Origin: an uncultured delta proteobacterium
GTDB lineage: Bacteria; Desulfobacterota; Syntrophia; Syntrophales; Smithellaceae
Assembly: GCA_963753975.1 (NCBI GenBank)
Contig: CAVWEH010000005.1
Span: 576,001 to 640,000 of the forward strand
Direction of reading: 5' to 3'
DNA: 64,000 bases
Below are positions 1 to 8,564 of the stretch, one piece after another. Each line of letters begins with the position of its first letter. The first letter of the stretch is position 1. The position numbers and the translations under genes are program-made. The notes beneath the pieces were generated by a model. That model did not search any database. It was not told where the DNA came from and was given only the letters and a program-made list of their open reading frames with translations.

Positions 1-3
1 TAT

Positions 4-1242
4 TTGAAACACCGGGGTAAAGAAATCCCGCAAGTTTTTCAAGGAATTATTGATCAAAACACGCTTTCCAAAATAGTGGACTATACTGTCGAAAATTCCC
101 GGTTGGCAGCGAAAGAAAATATGGTTGATGATATCGTTGAATTAACGATATTATTTCTTTTTTTACCTGCTTTTGTTGGTGCGCTTACGGGATTGAAAAT
201 TAATTTTATCGTGCAGGCTCTTATATTTTTCGGAGTTCTTGCGGCAATCGGCGGTATTATCGGAATACCCTTTGATCTCTACGACAATTTCGTTCTAGAA
301 AAAAAATACGGATTTTCGACAATCACCTGGCGTATCTGGATTACCGATTTAATAAAATCTTTGATTATTTCTGCAATTTTAATGACCATTATGGTCAGCG
401 CATTGATGTCGTTTATCCACTACTTACCCACAAGCTGGTGGTTTTGGGCCTGGATATTTTTTACCTTATTGGAAATTGTCCTGCTCTGGCTTTATCCTGT
501 ATTGATAGCGCCGCTTTTTAATAAGTATGAGCCGATAAAAGACGTACTGCTCCAAGAAAAGATCAACACTTTAATGGAAAAAGTGGGTCTCAAAACTAAA
601 GGGATTTTTCAGGTGGACGAAGGCAAACGTTCCAAACATACGAACGCTTATTTCACGGGTATCGGCAAAACCAAACGCATTGTTTTATATGACACGCTTT
701 TGGCTTCACACTCCACTGATGAAATATTAGCCGTTCTGGCGCATGAAATCGGTCACTGGAAAAAGAAGCATGTTTTAAAACAATTAATGTTTATGATTCC
801 CGCCTCTCTTGTATTACTTTATGCTGTTTATCTGATTCTGGGTTGGCAGCCGCTATATACGGCTTTTAGTCTGCCAGTTACTGTATATGCCGGATTATTT
901 TTAGTTTCGCTTTATTTGAGCTCTGCCGGATTTTTTTTGAGCCCTATCGGCGCGGCTGTCATGCGCCGTTATGAGCGCGAAGCCGATCGCATAGCCTGCG
1001 ACTTGACGGGAACCTCCGCGCCCATGATCGACGCTCTCACGCGTTTGGCTAAAGACAACCTGGCTAATCTGCATCCCCATCCTTTATACGTCTGGTTTTA
1101 TTATTCGCATCCTCCTCTGGTCGAACGCATTGAATGTTTGCAGACAATGGACTATGAAAAGGTCAATCCCGCGACTTGGAATCCTCCGACTTCCGCCGGA
1201 GGAGAAAAGCATCGTGACCCGCGGGAGGGCGCGTTGTTTTAG
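4..1242 (+). CDS. M48 family (Ste24-like) membrane zinc metalloprotease, probably 5'-truncated by the window edge
   Basis: Multiple TM segments, NAYFTG, HEIGH (HExxH), EREAD, YSHPPLVERI; last ~26 aa derive from a structured repeat. Confidence 0.9.
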   Translation: MKHRGKEIPQVFQGIIDQNTLSKIVDYTVENSRLAAKENMVDDIVELTILFLFLPAFVGALTGLKINFIVQALIFFGVLAAIGGIIGIPFDLYDNFVLEKKYGFSTITWRIWITDLIKSLIISAILMTIMVSALMSFIHYLPTSWWFWAWIFFTLLEIVLLWLYPVLIAPLFNKYEPIKDVLLQEKINTLMEKVGLKTKGIFQVDEGKRSKHTNAYFTGIGKTKRIVLYDTLLASHSTDEILAVLAHEIGHWKKKHVLKQLMFMIPASLVLLYAVYLILGWQPLYTAFSLPVTVYAGLFLVSLYLSSAGFFLSPIGAAVMRRYEREADRIACDLTGTSAPMIDALTRLAKDNLANLHPHPLYVWFYYSHPPLVERIECLQTMDYEKVNPATWNPPTSAGGEKHRDPREGALF

Positions 1243-1278
1243 GGAGCCTCCGGCTCCTGCCGCAGGGAGCTCCACTAA
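1161..1278 (-). repeat. Structured repeat, divergent member of the family at 20196/36359/44331
   Basis: Minus strand AGGAGCCGGAGGCTC...AACGCGCCCTCCCGCG...CGCGGGAT matches AGGAGCCGAAGGCTC...AACGCGACATCCCGCGACGGGAT at ~20412-20458. Confidence 0.65.
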
Positions 1279-1293
1279 GCTGGAGATTTAAAT

Positions 1294-1782
1294 ATGCCCA
1301 TCTATGAGTTTTATTGTGCTCGCTGTAATACAATTTATAGTTTCTTTTCCCCAGCGGTGAATACCGGCAAAATTCCCATATGCCCAAAATGCAAGAACGT
1401 TCGGCTGACCCGCCAGATGTCCGTGTTTGCAAAAATCTCCGGCGGCGAAAAAGCGGAAGATAATCATCCTTTTCTCGGCAGGAATGAGAAGAAAATAGAA
1501 AAGGAACTGGTTAAATTCGCCAACCTTGCCGAAAAAGTCAAAGATGATGATTCTCGCGCGGCAGCGCAATTGATGCGCAAATTTGCCGAGACGACCGGCA
1601 TGAAGCTAGGGGATAATTTTCAGGAAGCGCTTGAAAGAATCGAACAAGGTGAATATCCCGAAAAAGTCGAAGACGAGCTGGGGGATATACTTATGGAAGA
1701 GGGATCTTTGACCGAAAAGCAGGCGGCAAAAACGGCCACAAAAAGTAAACCAGAAATAGATGAAACTTTGTATGAGCTTTAG
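1294..1782 (+). CDS. FmdB-family zinc-ribbon protein
   Basis: MPIYEFYCARC...CPKC N-terminus, acidic helical tail; RBS GGAG upstream. Confidence 0.8.
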   Translation: MPIYEFYCARCNTIYSFFSPAVNTGKIPICPKCKNVRLTRQMSVFAKISGGEKAEDNHPFLGRNEKKIEKELVKFANLAEKVKDDDSRAAAQLMRKFAETTGMKLGDNFQEALERIEQGEYPEKVEDELGDILMEEGSLTEKQAAKTATKSKPEIDETLYEL

Positions 1783-1837
1783 TTTTATACCTTAAAATAT
1801 CCTAATCGAAACTCTTCGTGAAGTGATGGAGCATATT

Positions 1838-2080
1838 ATGAAAGTTTTTGATGAAGGAATAATTAAAGGAGTATCTCTCACAAATCGCTTTGTGCGTTCG
1901 GCAACATGGGAAGAATTGGCGATAGACAAGAGTTTTTGTTCGCCGGAACTTATCACCTGCTGGAAGTCAGGAGATAAAAGAGCGTCAAGCTGTATATCGG
2001 ACAATCTTTGTTACCGGCCGATTAGAGAAGGCAAGCGTGTTTATTGTTTGACCAAGAAAAGAGAAACAGTGAAAAAATAA
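1838..2080 (+). pseudogene. NADH:flavin oxidoreductase (Old Yellow Enzyme family) remnant with large internal deletion
   Basis: N-terminal NRFVRSATWE joined almost directly to C-terminal PELI..WKSGD...CISDNLC; barrel core missing; RBS GGAG before ATG 1838. Confidence 0.7.
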
Positions 2081-2243
2081 TGCATCATGAAAACGTATTT
2101 TTTACGAAGACCAATGAATGACCGTGGCGTATGCAGAGCTCAACGATTCAAGACGACCTTTTTATCTCTACGAATTTTAAATTATTTGTGGCATTCTTTG
2201 GAGAATATGATATGAATAACAGTATTTATTTCAAGGAATTATT

Positions 2244-2717
2244 ATGGCTGACAGGTCAAAACTAGGGATGGAATTTCCCGCCTACACACTGACGGTGGAA
2301 AAAAGTAAAATTGCCGAGTTTGCCGTTGCCGTAGGTCTTAAAGATGACAAAGCGCAAATCAATCCCATTTACTACGATGAAGAAGCCGCAAAAAAAGCAG
2401 GCTACCAAGGAATACCGGTGCCGCCGACTTTTATGACCAGCTTCTTTTTTTGGACTGGTGAAGGTTTGATGGGCATAGTTAAAGCCCTGGGCATTGATTT
2501 AGGTAAGCTTTTGCACAGTGAAGAAGAGTACGAATATCTCGGTAATATTTATGAGGGCGATGTCATTACCCGCAAAATGAAAGTGGTGGATATGTTCGAA
2601 AGGGGAAAAAGAGACAGGCTGGGCAGGTTTGTGGATGTTACCGTACTGGAAACGGTAATTACAAATCAGCGGGGCGAATTGGTGGCTAAGGTCCGTTCAA
2701 CAATGATGGAAAGATAG
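2244..2717 (+). CDS. MaoC-like hot-dog dehydratase, N-terminal-type (HadA-like) subunit
   Basis: VEKSKIAEFA, NPIYYDEEAAKKAGY..PPTF, LLHSEEEYEY. Confidence 0.8.
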   Translation: MADRSKLGMEFPAYTLTVEKSKIAEFAVAVGLKDDKAQINPIYYDEEAAKKAGYQGIPVPPTFMTSFFFWTGEGLMGIVKALGIDLGKLLHSEEEYEYLGNIYEGDVITRKMKVVDMFERGKRDRLGRFVDVTVLETVITNQRGELVAKVRSTMMER

Positions 2718-2727
2718 GAAAACAACT

Positions 2728-3177
2728 ATGGCCGCTACATACGACGATGTCAAAGTTGGCGATACCATTCCCGCTTACACTTCCGTTCCCATTACCAGGA
2801 CACATTTGATTCGTTATGCAGGAGCTTCCGGTGATTTTAATCCGCTGCATCACGATGAATCCTTTATCAAAATGATCGGACTGGATAATGTTATCGCCCA
2901 TGGTATGCTGATTATGGGTATTGCCGGTGAAGCCATCACTTCCTGGATTGATCAAAGAAATTTGCGTTCATTCAATGCCCGTTTCCTGAGCATGACGGAA
3001 CCGGCCGATTTGAATGATATGGAACATACGACAGATAGAGCGACAATCACGGTCAGCGGCAAGATAGTCAAAAAATATGAAGAAAACGGCGAAAAAAGAA
3101 TTAAGTGCAATATTGTTGCCAAAGATGCATTGGGCAGCAGAAAGCTAGCCGGATTTTTTATTGCGGCCCTGCCTTAA
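2728..3177 (+). CDS. MaoC family (R)-specific enoyl-CoA hydratase (HadB-like) subunit
   Basis: Hydratase-2 motif YAGASGDFNPLHHD...IAHG. Confidence 0.85.
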   Translation: MAATYDDVKVGDTIPAYTSVPITRTHLIRYAGASGDFNPLHHDESFIKMIGLDNVIAHGMLIMGIAGEAITSWIDQRNLRSFNARFLSMTEPADLNDMEHTTDRATITVSGKIVKKYEENGEKRIKCNIVAKDALGSRKLAGFFIAALP

Positions 3178-3211
3178 TAATCCTCCCGCTATTTATATAG
3201 CCGTTCCTATT

Positions 3212-3232
3212 ATGCCCTAAAAGGGCATTCTT
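3212..3232 (+). terminator. Possible weak intrinsic terminator after the maoC pair
   Basis: ATGCCCT-AAA-AGGGCAT followed by TCTT. Confidence 0.35.
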
Positions 3233-3315
3233 GATATTTATTCCCGGTATTAGATTTTCATTGACGAATTCCCTGCATTAAAGCTAAAACCTAAATAATC
3301 TTATAAGGTAATTTT

Positions 3316-4689
3316 ATGAAAGCCCGTATTTTAGTAATTGATGATGACGCCGTCGCCTGTGAGTTTCTGCAGGAAGCTCTTTCGCTTGATGGTTATGAAG
3401 TAAAAGCCTATACATCCGCCCAGGAAGCCTTGAAGCAGGATCTTTCCCGGTATGATCTGCTTATGTCTGATATTCGCATGCCCGAAATGGACGGTTTGCA
3501 GTTCTTGAGTCAAGTGCACAAAAAATGGCCGAATTTGCCGGTTATTCTTATGACGGCCTATGGATCTCTGGAAACCACAATGGAAGCAATAAGTCTGGGT
3601 GCCTGGGATTATATCAGCAAACCATTTTCTCCGGATGATTGCCGGGCTATTGTGAAAAAGGTTCTGGAAGTAAGGGAATTGCGGGAACGGCGCTTGAAAT
3701 TGGATTTGCCGGAAGCAAGCGAGGAACCGAAATTAATCGGTTCGTCCGCGGCAATGGTGGAATTTTATAAACAGATTGCCCGTGTCGCGGATGCACCGGC
3801 CAGTGTTTTAATTGAAGGTGAAAGCGGAACGGGCAAAGAATTAACCGCCCGGTCTTTGCATAATATGTCATCGCGCCGCGATAAACAGTTTGTTGTCGTC
3901 CATTGCGGAGCTATTCCCGATAATTTACTGGAATCAGAGCTTTTCGGCTATGAAAAAGGATCGTTTACCGGAGCTGATCATCAGCATGTAGGATTATTGG
4001 AATCGGCGCAGGGCGGAACAATTTTTCTCGATGAAATCACGGAAATGTCCACAGCTCTGCAAGGAAAGTTTTTGCGGTTTCATGCAGGACGGCGAAGTCA
4101 GAAGAATCGGCGGTCACGAGGTGCGCCATGCTGCTGTTCGCGTAGTGGCGGCAGCTAATAAAAATATTGACGAAGAAGTACGCCTCGGCCATTTTCGCCT
4201 GGATTTGTTATGTACCGGTTTATTGTGCGTTTGCGTATTCCGCCTTTGCGGGAGCATACGGAAGATATTCCTTTGCTTATTGAATCAATGTTGAAGAAAT
4301 TCGGTTATCCCTAATGTGCGTATTTCTGTGGAGGCTATGGAATTACTTGATGGCGTATAACTGGCCGGGCAATGTGCGGGAAATGGAAAATGTTTTGCAG
4401 CAAACACTTCTTCTTTCACCTTTTGTGGTGATCTTACCGGAAAATTTGCCGGAGCGTTTTCCACAACAAAAAGAAAATAAAGAGGAAGTTGATTCTGCTC
4501 GATATTTCACCGCTGGAAACTGCGGAAAGGGATAAAATTCTGCAAACACTGAAATCGACTTCCTGGAATCAATCCAAAACAGCGCAACTTCTGGGTATTG
4601 ACCGCAAAACATTGCGTCTGAAAATTCGCCGTTATGGCTTATTAGACGAAAAAATTTCTCCCGGTAGAAAGTCTTCTGCCAAACATTAA
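3316..4689 (+). CDS. NtrC-family sigma54-dependent response regulator (REC-AAA+-HTH), split by several frameshifts
   Basis: REC (DDD, DIRMP, KPF), [21 protein letters not shown]; later motifs ([23 protein letters not shown]) in shifted frames. Confidence 0.9.
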
Positions 4690-4742
4690 AATCCGCGGAA
4701 ATCCGATTGTACTCCGGACGATAGACTATCCCTTTACGCTTT

Positions 4743-6293
4743 TTACATATTAAGATCTTTATCTTTGTATATGGGCAGGTAAAGAATAATTGCCGTTCCC
4801 CGATTCAACGCACTTCTCATTTCCATTTTGCCGCCGTGGGCTTTAATAATATCGTTCACGATCGCCAGGCCCAGACCACGCAAACTGCCGTCCTGTCTTG
4901 TGCTAAAGAATGGTTCGCGAGCCTTTTCCATCGTTTCCTGCGGCATTCCGGTGCCCGTATCATTTATTGTCATGGCCACAAAACCATTTTGAGAATCATT
5001 TTGGGCGGATATAGTTATTTTTCCTCCTTGAGGCATTGCTTCCAGGGCATTTTGAATGATATTCATCAGAGCGGTTTGAATACGGTAACGGTCTACATAC
5101 ACGGGTTGGACTACATTATCTACATGCACGCTTATTTCCGCATTATTTTTTTTCACGAGGGGTTCGACGAGGGGAACTGTATCACTTAGAATTTGCTGAA
5201 CGGTAAGCACTTCAAAATGAGGGTCGGGAAGACGTGTGGCCTTGCGGATATTTTGAATAACGTCATCGAGTCTCTGAGTTTGCTGAACGATCAGTTTTAA
5301 TTTATGGGCGATGTCCGCCGGGCAGCCTTCTTTTTCCAGCAGAAGCTTTGCCAACCCTCCGATGGAATGTATCGGTGTTCCTAAATCGTGAGCAAGATTT
5401 GCGGTTAAATGGCCTAAAGCGGTTAATTGCTGTAAGACATCCACTTGTTTTTGTAATTGAACCACTTTACCCGTTTCTTCACGAACCCGATCTTCCAGGT
5501 GCCTCGTTAAATCGAGATTTCTGGCCATCACTTGCTGAATTTCATTAGCCATGGTGTTGAAGTGTTCGGCCAGTTGCCCCCATTCATCCCGGCGCATCAT
5601 GGGAATGCGCTTTACATATTGTCCTTTTTGGAAATCATCGATTGTCTGAATAATTAACGACATTGGTCTGTCGATAATCCAGCCGTAACTTAATCCCAGT
5701 ACCAACAGGATGAACAGTAGTAATCCGGCTGTACTAACAAGCAGCAATTGTTGGGCGCGGTTCATAATTTCGACATTAGCTCGCGAAAAGCCGATGATAC
5801 CGACAACAATGTGCGAATCTTTTGTATCGCCTAAAACAGGATACAACAAACCGATGGTCGGACCACTTTCTGTAGAGATCTTGACATAACGCACCTTGCC
5901 TTTTGCGCTGGTGGCAGCAACAATATTATCCGGCCATTCATATTGAAGCCGGCTGGCGCCGGCCACGTAATCAACATTGCCGTGACTGGTGTCAAAGATA
6001 TCGATTCTTGCGAGGCGCACATCGGATTGAATGAAGTCTTTAAGAGCTGAATCAAGGGCCAACAGGCCCCGTTTTGTCGGGAAAAATTGATAAAAGGTGC
6101 TGATTGTGTCGGCTACGCCTTCCAGCCTTTTTGCCTGTTCGTCGACCAATATTCTATCCAGAGCGGTAAGCTGAATAAAGCCCCAAATGGCCATAGTTAA
6201 AGCAAGGCCGACAACCGTCAGGATGATCAATCTTAAGCGTACGGTAAGATTTTTATTATAAGCAATTATCCGATCGCATGTCTTTTTAAACAT
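4743..6293 (-). CDS. HAMP-domain membrane sensor histidine kinase
   Basis: Two TM, HAMP (DEWGQLAEHFN), H-box AHDLGTP, N-box NIIQNA, DTGTGM, GLGL. Confidence 0.9.
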   Translation of the reverse strand: MFKKTCDRIIAYNKNLTVRLRLIILTVVGLALTMAIWGFIQLTALDRILVDEQAKRLEGVADTISTFYQFFPTKRGLLALDSALKDFIQSDVRLARIDIFDTSHGNVDYVAGASRLQYEWPDNIVAATSAKGKVRYVKISTESGPTIGLLYPVLGDTKDSHIVVGIIGFSRANVEIMNRAQQLLLVSTAGLLLFILLVLGLSYGWIIDRPMSLIIQTIDDFQKGQYVKRIPMMRRDEWGQLAEHFNTMANEIQQVMARNLDLTRHLEDRVREETGKVVQLQKQVDVLQQLTALGHLTANLAHDLGTPIHSIGGLAKLLLEKEGCPADIAHKLKLIVQQTQRLDDVIQNIRKATRLPDPHFEVLTVQQILSDTVPLVEPLVKKNNAEISVHVDNVVQPVYVDRYRIQTALMNIIQNALEAMPQGGKITISAQNDSQNGFVAMTINDTGTGMPQETMEKAREPFFSTRQDGSLRGLGLAIVNDIIKAHGGKMEMRSALNRGTAIILYLPIYKDKDLNM

Positions 6294-6340
6294 ATTGTGT
6301 GATATATATCAGAAAGATAAAAAATTAACTAGCGTTAGGC

Positions 6341-6377
6341 AAAAAAGAAGGGACAGGTTTTTACCTGTCCCTTCTTT
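6341..6377 (-). terminator. Intrinsic terminator downstream of the small exported-peptide gene
   Basis: AAAGAAGGGACAGGT-TTTT-ACCTGTCCCTTCTTT perfect inverted repeat; U-tract on minus strand. Confidence 0.85.
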
Positions 6378-6402
6378 CGGGTAAATAAAGTTCTTAATAA
6401 AC

Positions 6403-6647
6403 TTATTTTACAGCTGGAGCGCCTGGAGTACCTGCAGGAAGGTTTTCTTCTTTCTCTACCTTACCGGCTTTCTTCTCGGCCTTCATTTCCTTCTTTTCTT
6501 TCTTCATTTTCTTCATTTTCTTCATGCTTTCATTCTCTCCTTTTTCGCGGGTGCGGCTGTTCCAGCGGCCATCGGTTTTTCAGCTGCCATAGCTGTGGTG
6601 CAAAATGCGAAAACCAATGCAACAACAAACAATACTAAACGTTTCAT
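6403..6647 (-). CDS. Small exported Lys/Met/Glu-rich low-complexity protein (not in ORF track; one frameshift near 6530)
   Basis: RBS AGGAGG; MKRLVLFVVALVFAFCTTAMAAEKPMAAGTAAPAKKE, then shifted frame MKKMKKMKKEKKEMKAEKKAGKVEKEENLPAGTPGAPAVK*. Confidence 0.75.
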
Positions 6648-6730
6648 CTTAAATCCTCCTTCTTAAATTATGTTTTATTTAATACCACCCTTAAAAATTA
6701 AGGGACCTCAAATTAATCCGGATAAATACC

Positions 6731-7123
6731 TCAATACCCCGATTTGTTCGCCGACGTGGATTTCTCCCCGACCGGTTTAACTTCTTTTTTCTTCGAGTTG
6801 ACTTTTGCCACTCTGGCAGCGACTAATTTACCGCCTTGATTAATATAGGCTATTTTTACAGTATCGTTTACAGTAATATTTTCAGTTGGGTTCTCCAAGG
6901 CAAATTGCATTACTTCTGCATTGCCTCGTACTGTGCGTTCAATCTTAATAGAATCGTCGGAAATTTCGATAACTTTTCCCGTGGCGTTCATTTTGGCTGC
7001 TTTTACGGTATTTGTTCTTACCGCATCGGCCTTTATAGTTTCGGAAATTGTCTTATCGGCGGCAATAGCAAAAGCCGACAAAAGAAAGAACCCGCCAGCT
7101 ACATACCATAAGGCTTTTTTCAT
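6731..7123 (-). CDS. Exported small beta-rich (OB-fold-like) protein
   Basis: RBS GGAGG, signal peptide MKKALW...AIA, ATGKVIEI...VNDTVKIAY pattern, Lys-rich tail. Confidence 0.7.
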   Translation of the reverse strand: MKKALWYVAGGFFLLSAFAIAADKTISETIKADAVRTNTVKAAKMNATGKVIEISDDSIKIERTVRGNAEVMQFALENPTENITVNDTVKIAYINQGGKLVAARVAKVNSKKKEVKPVGEKSTSANKSGY

Positions 7124-7160
7124 AATGAACAACCTCCGCAATATTTCACAATGGCTTAAC

Positions 7161-7177
7161 AGCAACTAACATGCCAA
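7161..7177 (-). promoter_or_regulatory. Sigma54 -24/-12 promoter
   Basis: Minus strand TTGGCATGTTAGTTGCT, exact GG-N10-GC spacing, ~38 nt before ATG 7123. Confidence 0.8.
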
Positions 7178-7270
7178 GAAAGGGCTATAAGCTAATAATG
7201 TCTATATAGTTGAAATAATGGATAATATTTTCCTGGTGAAGAGTATGGTTGGAGTTGTGCAGTTAAGAAG

Positions 7271-7308
7271 TGAGGAATAACTCCCCAATAGTGGAGAATA
7301 ATTCTTCA
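7271..7308. promoter_or_regulatory. Tandem enhancer-like sites for a sigma54 activator
   Basis: TGAGGAATAACTCCCCA and TGGAGAATAATTCTTCA, imperfect palindromes with starts 21 bp apart, ~95-130 bp upstream of the promoter. Confidence 0.6.
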
Positions 7309-7373
7309 AAATTATTAAAAATTATCCGAGTCGTTCTTGATTATAGGCATAATGTTTGAAAACCGTCTAGCCG

Positions 7374-8429
7374 TTAAGGAAGGCGCCGGTAAATCCAGCA
7401 ATGAAGATAAAAGAAAATAGCTTTTGCTCCGCCGATACTCAGCAGTTTCCGTGAAATCTTACGAACTTCTCTTTGCTGTGAGACTTTGTTATCGGAAAGA
7501 TAAATACTCAACAGACCTCGGTTAATCAAGCGGTGAAATTCAGGGTAAGGTAAACTGGCAATACTCTGCTGTGCTTGCCGGTAGAAATAAATTAGCCTTT
7601 TAGCCAGAAGTTCGCTATCCGGATAATAAAAACAAAAATTCAAATCATGACCTCGGCGATCTTCTTCCTGATCAATCAAATAATCCAAAAGAATATGCAG
7701 TCCCTGAACCCAGGGGAAGTAAGCTTGTTTGATTTTAGAAATAAGCTTAGAGGATGTATCGGGATTAAACAAAAGGGAAACAATGCCGAAAATTCCTAAG
7801 GTAGAACCGGCGCAAGCTGCGAATTCGTACCAGGTCATTTCGGGTAGCCGGCTTTTGTTTTGATCAAACCATGCCTGAAGCCTGGGCAGGCGCTCCTCGC
7901 TTTTTACATGCTTGTAGACTTGCAAATCACAATAGAAGCCGGCCAGTTCGAGTACGGTTGAGGCGGCAATTCTATAATTAGGTAAGTTTCGCAATATATC
8001 CCTACAGGTCTGCACCAACGCCGCCAGGTAGCCGCCGTCATCACGCTCCTGTCGGAACCGGTAATAAGATGATGACTTGGCATCCGGAGTCAGGGCTTGC
8101 AGCATAGCTTCATGCAAAGCGCGAAAATCGTCGGGATCGAGCGAGGTGCTTCGGTCACAAAGATTATCCAGATAATCGCTGATCGTTTGGTACGCAACAA
8201 TAAATTTAATGGCTTCTTTGTATCGGGCGCCCGCCAAAAGTCCGTAAATCGAACCTCCTTCACAGTGAAAGGTTTTAGTGGAAATACTTAGTTGCGCCTG
8301 ACGGCGTAATTCCGGATCCGGAATCCTTTGGGCAATATTTTTCCAGCCCTGTAGACACTGATGAGTGATGGGTCGAACCTGAAAAAATATTCGGGTTGTA
8401 AGAGTTATTAAATTCGTCGGTACTTGCAA
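7374..8429 (-). CDS. ytpB: Tetraprenyl-beta-curcumene synthase family (YtpB/DUF2600) terpene synthase
   Basis: KTFHCEGG, YQTISDYLDNLCD, WYEFAACAGSTLG, YFPWVQGLHILLDYLIDQEED; TTG start with AGGAG RBS. Confidence 0.85.
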   Translation of the reverse strand: MQVPTNLITLTTRIFFQVRPITHQCLQGWKNIAQRIPDPELRRQAQLSISTKTFHCEGGSIYGLLAGARYKEAIKFIVAYQTISDYLDNLCDRSTSLDPDDFRALHEAMLQALTPDAKSSSYYRFRQERDDGGYLAALVQTCRDILRNLPNYRIAASTVLELAGFYCDLQVYKHVKSEERLPRLQAWFDQNKSRLPEMTWYEFAACAGSTLGIFGIVSLLFNPDTSSKLISKIKQAYFPWVQGLHILLDYLIDQEEDRRGHDLNFCFYYPDSELLAKRLIYFYRQAQQSIASLPYPEFHRLINRGLLSIYLSDNKVSQQREVRKISRKLLSIGGAKAIFFYLHCWIYRRLP

Positions 8430-8564
8430 AGTTAATCGCTCCTTTTTTTGCCTTCGAAAACACTCAAGCTTTAGCATAAGCTCGCTGATATAACAAGATA
8501 AGGCCGGTTCATTTCTATGATTGACCGGCTCAACTCTTTCGTGCTACGCAAATTTTAAAGGCGA

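Noticed and set aside
2083..2175. TTTTTTACGAAGAC resembling a MITE end
   Set aside because: Only a short match, with no partner end or core.
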